DNA of 64,000 nucleotides from Plasmodiophora brassicae (Eukaryota): NCBI GenBank assembly GCA_036867785.1, contig CP145409.1, positions 744,001 to 808,000 of the forward strand, read 5' to 3'. Shown piece by piece: positions 36,257 to 46,850 of this stretch (position 1 is its first letter; each line of letters starts with the position of its first letter). The notes under the pieces were generated by a model. It saw only the letters and a program-made list of their open reading frames with translations, ran no database searches and was not told where the DNA came from. The position numbers and the translations under genes were made by a program.

Positions 36257-37930
36257 TCAATTTCTTGCACGTTGAGGGTGAGTGTGCCTTTTCAAGGCAC
36301 GACCATGTTTCCTTATCTTGGACAGGTGCTGGTCAACGAACGTTATCGCATCGCCCTTGTCTGCCAGACCGGATGGAAGACCACCGTCGTGATGGTCCGA
36401 TGCCATTGCCAGTAGCGTTTTGGCGAGGGCAGACCCGATGTCCTTGAAGGCATCGACTGTGAAAACCGTCGTCCGACCCCGGTCAGTACAATAGTTCGTT
36501 TCCAGCGTGTACGAATGTGTGATGCCAGTTTGTCTATGGCTCACAAGCGTCGGATTTGACGTCAAACAAGATATATGTACGGTTTTCGTACCTGAAGACG
36601 CTGACTCGCCCTGAGCCCGACCTCGACTGACCTCTGCGGTCGCGGGCACACATCAACTTGGATGAAAAGCGGCAGGCTTCAAACGAGAACGTTGGCGTGG
36701 TCATCTCCATCAGTCTAGCAAACAGTAAGGTCTCCGGTTGTTTGTCACCCTGAACAACAAAGGTCAGGTCGATCCCATGAGCAGGCAGCTATTCGCTAAT
36801 ACCACTGCGTTTCCGTACACGAAAACACCTTTCTTGTTGGCGTGCGCGTGAATATCAATGTAATATTGCAGGCGACGGGTTTCTGCCAGCACACCAATCT
36901 CTCGAACCACGCAGGCAATGTCCAAGCCACTCGACGCGCTGTTATAGTGTCGGTTGAGGTCGTTCCCCATCACGTCAGTCCGATAGTTGCCCGCAGCAAC
37001 GCCTGCTCACAGATGTCAGTGCACAGTATGCGATGATGATACGTACACCGAGACGATACCATCCGGGTTCAGCATTGGGACGATCTTGAATAGGAATAGG
37101 TTGCGAAGCGCAACTGCTATAGGATCCCCTACACTCGTCACCTGTTGGCCAGTCACCCGTCGGTTTCAAACAAGCTTGGCGTACCAGTCTGTAGAATGAA
37201 ATCAATAAACCCGTTCATAATGAAGCTGGCAGGCGATTCGCCGGGATGCACACGCGCACTCAGGAACACGACTGGCCTGTGCTGGGCTAGTCGACTACCA
37301 CAGGAATCGCTGCACGGTTCAATGTGACCAGATGAGCAACCGGCGTTCTCGCCTTCAGCGGACGTGACTGTCAGCATATCAATTCGTCGTCCGCCAGCGG
37401 AAATGCCTAAACATTTCCGATGGAAGTACACGGTAGGATCTGGGGTCAGCTTGCCCAGGTACGCCTGCGAGTCCTCGTAGGAAAACGGGTAGCAGAATGC
37501 AAACGAGACTGCATCGTCGTGGCCGTCTTCAAATTGGAAGCGCATCGTCAACTCCATGAGGTCATTGGTCTTGTTGCCCACAGTCTTCCACTCGCAGGGC
37601 AAGCTCAACGGCCGCCAGGTTGGCGAGCTGTCAGTCCACACGACGGGACGGTATCCATTTCGAAACAATGCCGCCTGATCGTTCATATTCACTACTGTTA
37701 TCCGGGCCGTCATCCCAGCTGGATCGCCCTGCTCGGCCCGAACCCTGAAATGAAACCAACTGCGATACGCCTTTGCGCTCGTTGCTCCTGGATCCTCCCG
37801 GATTCGCACCAGGAATGCAGGTTCAAGGTCGCTGTCGACCGCTTCGACATGGTCCAAGTTGCCGGAATCGAAATCGGACCGAAACTCCCATAGGATGCCG
37901 TTAGTCCTGACTCCTGACCCGTGTCCTCAT
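36257..37930 (-). CDS. Cytosolic carboxypeptidase (M14, AGBL5/CCP5-like tubulin deglutamylase)
   Basis: FDSGNL, YRSWFHF, FAFCYPFSY, ARVHPGESPASF, FKIVPMLNPDG, DLNRHY, YIDIHAHANKKGVFVYGN, SYTLETNY. Confidence 0.92.
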
Positions 37931-38046
37931 CAGCTCTGTCGGCTGTCTATTTCAAGGGCAGCGGGCGGGGCCGCGTGAACGTCGCAAGTAACGTTGGGGT
38001 GACGGGGCGCAGTTTGCGACCGGGTGGGCGGGCCTCAGTGTGACAA

Positions 38047-38112
38047 GGTGTGGGTGTGTGTGTGGGTGTGTGGGTGTGTGGGTGTGTGGGTGTGGGTGTG
38101 TGCGCGCGTGGG
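38047..38112 (+). repeat. GT/GGGTGT microsatellite in the divergent promoter between the CCP and G-beta genes
   Basis: gtgtgggtgtgtgtgtgggtgtgtgggtgtgtgggtgtgtgggtgtgggtgtgtg directly visible. Confidence 0.9.
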
Positions 38113-38402
38113 CTTCCAATCAAGGTGTGCCGCTGCCCACTGTGACGAACCCACACTGCGTAGCGCCACCGGAGACGGGCTGACAGCTCCAAGAAAGAAA
38201 GGCCACCGCTGCGTCAGTCGTCGTCGTAGCGCGAACGCTCGGAGCAGGTTCGGGCGGGCCGGCGAACGATAGTTGAGTGCGTCTGAACGGCAGGTCAGTT
38301 GACGACGGTTGGGGGGCGTACCCGCGCCCCGCGATCGATCTGCCCGATATTGCTATCTAGGTGATCGGGTGGCTGACGTCGACCATCGCAGGTGAAGGCG
38401 AC

Positions 38403-39743
38403 ATGACGACGAAGGAGAAGATTGAGAAATGCAAGAAGGAGATTGAGGACCTGAAGGCGACGATCCGCGACCTTCGCGGTGACTCCGACAGCGCCGACCA
38501 GCCTTGTAATGCGATTCCGAGTCGTGCTGCTGTGCCGTCTGCTGACGCCATCGCCTGTCGGCATAGTACAACGCGTTGCCCGCGAGCAAGGCGTGTCACC
38601 CGGGACCTGCAGTATCAAGCAGAGACGAATTCTGAAGGGGCACTTTGGCAAGATTTATGCTATGCACTGGAGCGACGATAGTCGTCACCTCGTGTCGGCG
38701 TCTCAGGACGGCAAACTGATTGTATGTTCTGTGGATCTGGATGCCCTATGACGCGCGTTATTTATTCGGCATTGTGAAGGTATGGAATGCGTTCAGCACC
38801 AACAAAGTGCACGCGATTCCTCTGCGCTCGTCTTGGGTCATGACCTGTGCGTACTCACCGCAAGGCACGTTTGTCGCGTGCGGTGGTCTCGACAACCTGT
38901 GCTCTGTCTACAAACTGAGCAACAAAGCTGAAGGCCAACAGGTAGCTTTCGACTGCTCCTAAACGTCGTCCAGAGATCTCATCTGATTCATCCAGCGGAC
39001 GCACTGTGAGCTCGCTCAGCACGAGGGTTACCTGTCGTGCTGTCGCTTCATCAACGAAGGCGAAATCATCACGTCCAGTGGTGACTCGACGTGTATTCTG
39101 TGGGACATTGAGCAGAAGCAGCCCAAGAACACGTTCTCCGACCATGCCGGAGACGTCATGTCTGTGTCGATCTTTGGGCCGGAAGGAAAGACGTTCGTTT
39201 CGGGATCATGTGACGCTACTGCCAAACTGTGGGACACGCGTGCAGATGGCAAATGTATGTGGCGGCATGCGGTTGATCCGCACCAATGTAGTGTATTGAT
39301 GATCCTTTTCTAGCGGCCGTTAAGACATTCCCTGGCCACGAGTCAGATATCAACTCCGTCATGTTCTTCCCTGATGGAAACGCCTTCGGAACTGGTTCCG
39401 ACGATTCTTCTTGCCGTTTGTTTGACATTCGTGCGTACCGCCAGCTGAACAAGTACAGCAGTGACAAGGTCGGCAAGAGAAATGCTCGGTGTTGTAACAT
39501 ATGGGGTTCTCACTGGAATTTCAGATCCTATGCGGTATTACATCAGTCGCATTCAGCAAGACTGGCAAGATGCTCTTCGCCGGATACGACGACTACAACT
39601 GCTACGTCTGGGACACGCTGCTCGGCAGCAACCCGTCACAACTGAGCGGCCACGAAAACCGTGTATCGTGCTTGGGTGTTGCAGCAGACGGCAAGGCGCT
39701 CTGCACTGGATCCTGGGACACGTTCCTCAAGATCTGGGCCTGA
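38403..39743 (+). CDS. GNB: Heterotrimeric G-protein beta subunit
   Basis: [16 protein letters not shown]...[13 protein letters not shown]...[17 protein letters not shown]...ACGGLDN...[16 protein letters not shown]...[29 protein letters not shown]. Confidence 0.98.
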
Positions 39744-40440
39744 TGTCGCCCTCTGCGGTCGCCTTCCAAACAGTCTTATGCCACAAACGATAACTGTCTG
39801 ATCTACTACCGACATGTGCAGACCGTGCAATGAGCGTTCGTCGCTGGTTTTTATATATGCTGAATGTAATAAATCACATCGAACTGCTTCCAACACACGA
39901 TAGTGATGAGGGGGGTACCCGCCACATACTCCGGACAACGTCGTAATTTGAAACGCGTAAACACAGGTATGATATGTGCCTTGTCGCGCCTGCGTGGATC
40001 TTTTCGAGCCGGCCTTGGATCAGTGGTTTATCGCGAGCGCCTGGCTTGAGCTGGCCGGGCAGGATCATACTCCCCATCCGATGTCCACCATGAGTCACCA
40101 TGACCCAAGTCAGGACCCCCTGTCGACAGTGCCCGCAATCCGGGAAACTGAACTCACCATGTCATCGATTTGGCGTACCCTCCACCAGTAACCACTCGGG
40201 ATAACGCGCGAGCGATCGGGTCAGCCTCTCGTCGCGCCGCGTTCTCCTGACCTGGTCAAGCCGCGCCCGTTGATCACTTTCGATTCTAATCGACCCGACG
40301 CGACCGGATCATTGGGATCATATCTGCACTCATAGGAGATAGAATTCACTAAACAAATCAAAACTGGTTCATTATTGGACATTCGTGTGCCGCCGTTTTC
40401 TCCTGGTCTTGACATCACGTTTGTACCGAAGCCGCTCCAC

Positions 40441-42119
40441 CTATCGACGAGTCATAAACGAACTCCGGTCGTTGTTACTGCAGTTGATGTGTCTGTGAAC
40501 GCCAGGACATCCCCGAACGCCGCAGACCAGATCTTCATCGTCGATTTGGCCATCAGAGCGATGTCGATGCTTGACAGCGCCGCATCGTCTTTCTGCAGGA
40601 GTAACAAGTGCACGCGGCCGTTTGTTTTGAACAGGTGCACCCGCCTGGAGTTCAACGGCCGGTGACGAGATCACACCCATTCCCGGTAGAAGATGACTCG
40701 CTACGAAAACAGTCAGATGGTGGCAGACCCACGTGTATCGGCATCGTATCGCAGACCGGAAGATTGTTTCCAATGTCGTCGTCGGTTTTTTCGACTGATG
40801 TTGCGGCGAACCCACGGAAGATGTGTTCATGGGGGCCCCAACGTGAATGTCGTCTCCAGAAACCGTGGCTGTATGGGCGTTGCTGGGTACAAACTCGTCT
40901 AGGTTCCCGTCGCCATGTGCCACAACTGGAGACTCGGCAGTATGCTCATCCTGGTCAATCGAGGACTGATTGATGCGCAACGGTCAGCCTTGAGAATCGA
41001 GGACATCAGCCACGCCTGTTGTATCGTTCCCGGGGCCCAGCATCCGCATCAAGGAACAGGTATATGAAGATGTGGATCGTCGTATATCTCGGTCGATAAC
41101 GACATCCGACAAGTCGTCGTGGTACCTGATCGTAGAAACGCGTTAGCTAACAGAGTACTCAAACTAGACTGAGAAGATCTTTCAATGGACTGAGAACTTG
41201 AAGAACACGTTTGCGTGACGCAAACTCATGTCCCGTTCAGATTCCGACAGCGCGTTAACCTCGAATCGAGTGCCAACGGCGCATCACGTCCATGCGCGCG
41301 AAGCACATCGTCGTACTCCTTCCATACGCATTCTACGGCGTTATTCCAACAGGCGGCCAAACGCTCGAAGTCAATGGCGCCGCTGCCGTTCAATCGAACG
41401 TAGACGGGCAGCACTCTGTTATACAACACCTTCTCCTCGCCCGTATGAACGGGCAAATACCGTAGACAACACCTTGGCAAACCGCCAGATGTTTATTATC
41501 CCCTGACAGGCAGGGATGTGGCCGGTTTCCTCTGTCGGGTCGCAATACTGTGCATCAGCAAGGGTGCCCTTGAACACGACAATACGGACCTGTTTGAGGG
41601 ATCGGTTTGCCCACCGAAATGAAACATTGGGGCATACGACGTCAGAACGTCCCAGTTCCATTCCAGAGATACCCCGCCCTGAATGCCCGTCATCTCTGGA
41701 CTGGAACTGGGACGTTCTGACGTCGTACGCCCCAACACGTTTACCAAAAGAGGTTGATGAAATCCACCTGAAACGCAATGAGTTCAACAGATCGAGGGAA
41801 TAGTTATTGTACAAGCCAAGGTTTGAAATGCCCGATCTTGTAGTGTCCGGGCCTGTGATTTTCCGCTGCCCTCACGTTGGTCCGGAGGACGTGCTGAAGC
41901 ATCAGCGCCACCGTTAGCGCAATGCCGGCGTTCAAAGATCCCAACTTCTTCTTCGACACTCGACGGTTGCTTACACAACAGTTCGTGCCCCTTGAACATC
42001 GGTAAAGACAACCCGTTCGAGTCAACGCCGACTTCCAGATAAAAGGCATAGTCGCCTCCGTCAGGATCGCTGCAGCAGCCTTTGTCAATGTGTTCAAGGG
42101 AGATTATGAAGATCTCTAT
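40441..42119 (-). mobile_element. Degraded DNA-transposase C-terminal half, Dada-like
   Basis: Frameshifted HIDKGCCSDP..YLEVGVDSNGL/YRCSRGTN...KLGSLNAG...GHFKPWLV, then LPVHTGEEK...IDFERLAACWN, NVFFKF and a C-terminal CxxxxCPGxxxxxxC. This resembles the HxxxGCLSDP/GLxLYRCxRGTN family as I recall it. Multiple stops. Confidence 0.65.
41627..41735. repeat. Inverted repeat, 44-bp arms (2 mismatches), 21-bp spacer
   Basis: ttggggcatacgacgtcagaacgtcccagttccattccagagat ... atctctggactggaactgggacgttctgacgtcgtacgccccaa. Confidence 0.95.
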
Positions 42120-42223
42120 CCGGAGCGTCATTGTTCGATGATCGGGCGCATAGAGATCTTCAGAATCTCCTTCAACACATTGACAAAGGCTGTTGCAGCG
42201 ATCCTGACGGAGACGACTATGCC
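42045..42223. repeat. Inverted repeat, about 75-bp arms, 30-bp spacer
   Basis: ggcatagtcgcctccgtcaggatcgctgcagcagcctttgtcaatgtgtt...gaagatctctat mirrored at 42150-42223. Confidence 0.95.
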
Positions 42224-42565
42224 GGGTGCGGCATTCCTCGATGACCTGCTCCAGCGTGGTCGCAACGGTGACGTCCAGATTGGGTAACAATCGCTCCGTT
42301 CCACAATGGCGCCGGAACTCCTCAGGAATCCAGACGTGGATTTGGAACGACGTAGGCTTTCCCCATCAATTGCGACGCTCATGTACGCCGCCACAGACGT
42401 CGTCATACCGCTCCACCTACAACCACCGCAGATCAGTAATTCAACTCGTTTGTCCACGCGGGGTCCGTGAACCCCAAAAATCTCAGCGACGGAGTCAGCG
42501 TGACAACTGCAGCCGTACATACGTCTGTGATATGGTACGCTGCTCAAGGAGCTGACCAAGCGGAA

Positions 42566-42867
42566 CCGGGCTAAGGGTCGCCACCCGCCCTGACGACGGC
42601 CAGTATTCGCGGCGCTCCCATGATCGACTACGTACCGACCCGGCGCCGTCGCCCAGTGTTTCAAGTGTATGCACGTGGTCATCCCGAACGTCGTCGCCGG
42701 CCCCGGATCCGCCGATCCCGACATGATTCATCATTGCTGGTTGCATACACTTGACGCACTGGGCGACGGCGCCGGGTCGGTGCGTGGTCTGGTCCTGGGC
42801 GCAGCGAACGCTGGCCGTCGTGAACCGCGCGATGCGAACAGTGGGCGGTTCGCGACCCTCAGCCCGG
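42566..42867. repeat. Imperfect inverted repeat, arms 42566-42673 and 42742-42867
   Basis: Core accgacccggcgccgtcgcccagtg..tcaagtgtatgca mirrored by tgcatacacttga..cactgggcgacggcgccgggtcggt. Confidence 0.9.
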
Positions 42868-42939
42868 CAGGCCACCTCATCGTAGGCTATCAGCGATTGG
42901 CGGCGCAACCGTTCTGCCACGTCGGGCTCGACGTTGACC

Positions 42940-44264
42940 ATGCAGGTAGACTTGTCGTGGACGTCCACGGGTATCATTGGGCCGATGTTTGCCGTGCGGT
43001 GTGCGGATTGCCGGCTGACCGCCGGCGACAGCGTCGCTGCGCGTCGAGGCCATGCCGTCGCTGCTAGCGCTGGCTTGCGAGTCGGCAAGCGACGCGTGCG
43101 ATGCCGGCACTGCCGAGGCGAAGTCGTCGACGCCGATCGTGGCCATTGCTACACTTGCAATGCAGACCGCGCCCTGGTTGGAGTCATCGTGATGGGTTGC
43201 AGAGGCGGGCACGGGGGTGACGACTGTCGTACACGTACAGGAGCAGTTTCTCGTGTGTGCTGAAAGTTCGACCTGCAGAGACCAGCAGGCGCTTCCTACC
43301 GACTGCATCGTAGCTGTATGCCAACGCGCCGTTCTATGTGGGCCGGAAACGTCTGAACTAACGTGGGTCGTTCGTTTCAGGAGGACGCGGAATGTCAGTG
43401 TTCGATATGTATGCAGACAGTACCAGCGGGTGATTTCGCTGTTCAGTTCCCGTCCTGCCGACACGCTCTGGACCTAGAGTGTTTCGAGGCCTTCGTGCAA
43501 TCTGCCGTCAACAACCGGCAGATTGCACCCAGTCCCGAGCGGAACTTGTACTCTCTAAACTGTAAGCCACATGCCTACGCAACGCCACGGTGGGTATCGC
43601 GTTTGAGTGTCTGTCCTCAGGCCCGATGCGTTGCCCCGAATCTCTGCTCGTGTACACCGATACCATACGCCTGGCCGGCGATGGCGTCTACCAGCGATTC
43701 AAGCTGTTTGCGACGGAGATCTCACTGACATTGGCATCGGGAGGCATGTTCTGCCCGCACCCAAGGTTCGTAGCCACCCATTCAAGCAGTCTGCGACTGC
43801 ATAACAGTGTGAGCAGGTGCGGCACGGGTATCATGGGTCCACTGCCATCATCGCGAGTTATAGATTGTCCCAATCCGGATTGTCGGCGGCCAATCTGCCT
43901 TCGCTGCTTGGCGGATGCCGTCCAATGCGGGTGCAGACGTGGAACCGTCCCTGCCGACCTGCCAGGGTCTAAGCGGTGCCCTTTCTGCTCAAGTCCCGTA
44001 ACGCATTACAAGGACGACGGCTGTCACCATATCGGGTATGGAATTGGTGGATGCCAAGGGCGTAATCCGGATGGAACTGTTTGCGGCCGTCACTGGTGGT
44101 AAGCGTTCCTACTTCGTTTTCTGGGGATCACGACGCTTACGTGACGCTTCAGCTACGTTTGCTTGTGTGAATGGCCTGGGCCAACGTGTATGCGAGATCA
44201 CTGGTTCTGCTCGAGCTCTTGTGACTGCCCAGGCCGACGTGAAACTCCAGATCGAACGACATAA
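42940..44264 (+). CDS. RBR E3 ubiquitin ligase, Parkin-like (RING0-RING1-IBR-RING2)
   Basis: FAVRCADC...GKRRVRCRHC...GHCYTC...MGCRGGH; CSICM...CRHALDLECF..NNRQ..YSLNC|PMRCPESL; GGMFCPHPR|CGTGIM; KRCPFC...DGCHH...HWCYVCLCEW...CMRDHWF. 5' exon boundaries uncertain. Confidence 0.85.
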
Positions 44265-44294
44265 ACATTGTAGGTTTAGCATTGAGTTTGGCCG

Positions 44295-46730
44295 TCATTG
44301 CCTAGATAGCGACGACAGCTTATTGGGAGAAAGAGGGATCCTTGGTCGCGCTCCGCCCACCGACAACATCCCGGCGGGGCCCGACTTGCCACCGGATGCT
44401 TCTCGGAACGGCTGTATCGGCATCTCGAACGATATGCCCAGTTTCACCATCTTTTGCGACAGGAACGATAGCAACGCGCTCTTGGCACGTCTGAACTCCC
44501 GATCTTGGACCCAGTAGAATCGCGATTCGACTCGGATGAGTAGCGAGATGCTTGTCGACTGGTTAACTCCCCACCAGGATACAGTCACCTGCGGTTTCCA
44601 GCTGTCCGGGTTCAGCGCCACATATCGTAAGAGCGCTGCGCGAAGCCGGTCGATGGTCGCAACCGGTGTGCTAATCGCCACTTCGATCTCCGTCCTCAGC
44701 ACGGCCTTCAGGTTCGCATACCCAAAGTTGATGATATTGACATCACAGAGGGTCTGGTTCGACATCCTGACGATCTTGTTGGCCGTATCCCTAAAGCGGG
44801 TCTCAAGCACACCTGGCCGATTTTATAACGTCAGAAGCCGCGTTCGTTAGTTGCAATCCCCTTACCGATTTGGTGCACTCGGTATCGCTTTCCGTTGATT
44901 TCGACAATGTCGTTCACCTGCTCCAACATCAGGGACTGCCAGTGAAGGGTATCGATTGTCACGCTACCTGGTAAGGCCTCGATGCGAAAACAAACGTGAT
45001 GCTCTGTGCCAAGGAGAGCAATCAGGCCTCGCGAATCGGAACGAACATGCCCGCATGGACCATACCTCAACGGCTCGTGAAATCGCCTTCCTGCACATAC
45101 ACGTGATGAGTAAATCGTACTTCATGAAATTGCACAAGCATGCACGCACCCAGTCGCGAACGCAACGGACAGCATTATCGACGACAACCCGAGGACAATG
45201 TCCTTTACCTCCACTCGGAAGACGAAGCTGATGATGTAGAATGTAATGACGATGGTCGTGACGGCAATCGACACCGTGTCGATCAGCGTGAACAGGTTCT
45301 GCAGCCCAAACAGCCGCCCTGTTAGGTCGTTACGCTGCCTGCCAAATTCACCAACAGCCGTCACGAAATCGCTCCTTGTTATCGGAACCGGGGCGCGCTG
45401 CACTCCACCAGGGCTGAACAGAAGCCCATACGCCCTATCTGCTATTGCTTCGCTGCCTTCCTGTCAGGCAACAGATCAAAGTCATATCAACAGCAGTGCT
45501 GCATACATAGGGAGACATACTGGGAACAGACGTTGCCACTCCGCAATGGAAATCTCATCCTGACTGGAGTCGTTGACCATGCACGTGAACATAGCATCAG
45601 CAGCAATCTCGAACTGCAACGATTCGTTAGATGTGTACTACGCACGAGCACGATTGTCGTACCTCTTTCTCGGTGGACAGCTCGACGCGGTCGTTGTTCG
45701 TGGCAAACATCCATCGGCCGTCGTCGGTTTGTTGCAACGGCAAGGAGCAGGACCAGTCGCGAATCGATTTCAGTTGCTCACTGAACTCACGATGGCGAAA
45801 TTCCCTGTACCGTTGCAGGAACGTCGCGTTCTTCAGGTACTCATCCGTATAGCACAGGTGGTCAAGGACGAAATCCAAGAAGGCCATGTCGTGGATCTGC
45901 TTGTTGAAGTGCTTGAAAGCGAACATGCGTTCAGCGATGCGGACACCAACGACCCTGACGAACCAGATGATCAGCGCCCAGTAGGAGGCCCGAATCGTCC
46001 GCTCGATGTGGGTCCAGGCAGGGAACGATTCCGAGTAGAACGCAAACAGCCAGTATCGACAAACGATGTGGTCGACCAGAACAAGGAAGAGTATGACCCG
46101 GAGCGGCCGTCTGAATGTTTCCTGGGTCAACGCCACGAACCAGCGCGGGCGCATCTGGATCCAGGTCGGGACTCGCAAGATGATCTTGGATATAATACCA
46201 CATGCCAGAATGGAGAACATGATCAGCCCCGGCAGAGCGCATAGCTCCCAGTGCTGCAGGTTGCTATCGCTTGGGAACTTCTGCCGGGTCCACTTGGGAT
46301 TCCAGGCAAAGTGGATCGCGACGACGCTCAGCGACCCAAACATGATGACAAGGATGAACCATCGTCGTATCAACCAGCGGAGGCCTTTTCCCACATACGA
46401 ACGTGCCCGCTCTAACCTTGTCTGTGAACGCCTGGCCCTCGCCGATCCCGACGGCCGATGAATGACAGTAAGACGGCCTGTCGAACAGGTCATGATAAGA
46501 ACGGACAGGATTGGGTTCCGGATTCTGTTCGTTGTACCTGGTGTGTACGGGTCGTCGTCGGGCTCGGCAACGTCCCAGAGCGAGGCCAGCGGCGTGCCAC
46601 TGCTTCGCCGCATGGTGCTCTGCAGAGCGTGCCCCAGGTCGGGACCCGTGTCGGCCGATAACGTATCTTGGAAAGCGACAACGTGTTGCTCCTCGGCATC
46701 GGACGGCACCTGGTTCGTATCGTCCACCAT
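44295..46730 (-). CDS. MscS-family mechanosensitive ion channel
   Basis: Multiple TM segments, LSSIMLSVAFATG, VNDIVEINGKRYRV, IVRMSNQTL...IINF, C-terminal LLSFLSQKMVKLGISF. Confidence 0.85.
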
Positions 46731-46850
46731 GGCAACCGGCACTGGAACAACAAGCGTTCGGGACACCTAACCGGGAAACGCAACTGGCGCCAGATTAATC
46801 CGCACACGGAAGGTCAACATCAGCTTATGCCGAAATGTAGATCCGTTCGT

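Noticed and set aside
38047-38112. Interstitial telomere
   Set aside because: Short irregular GT tract with no TTAGGG/TTTAGGG array.
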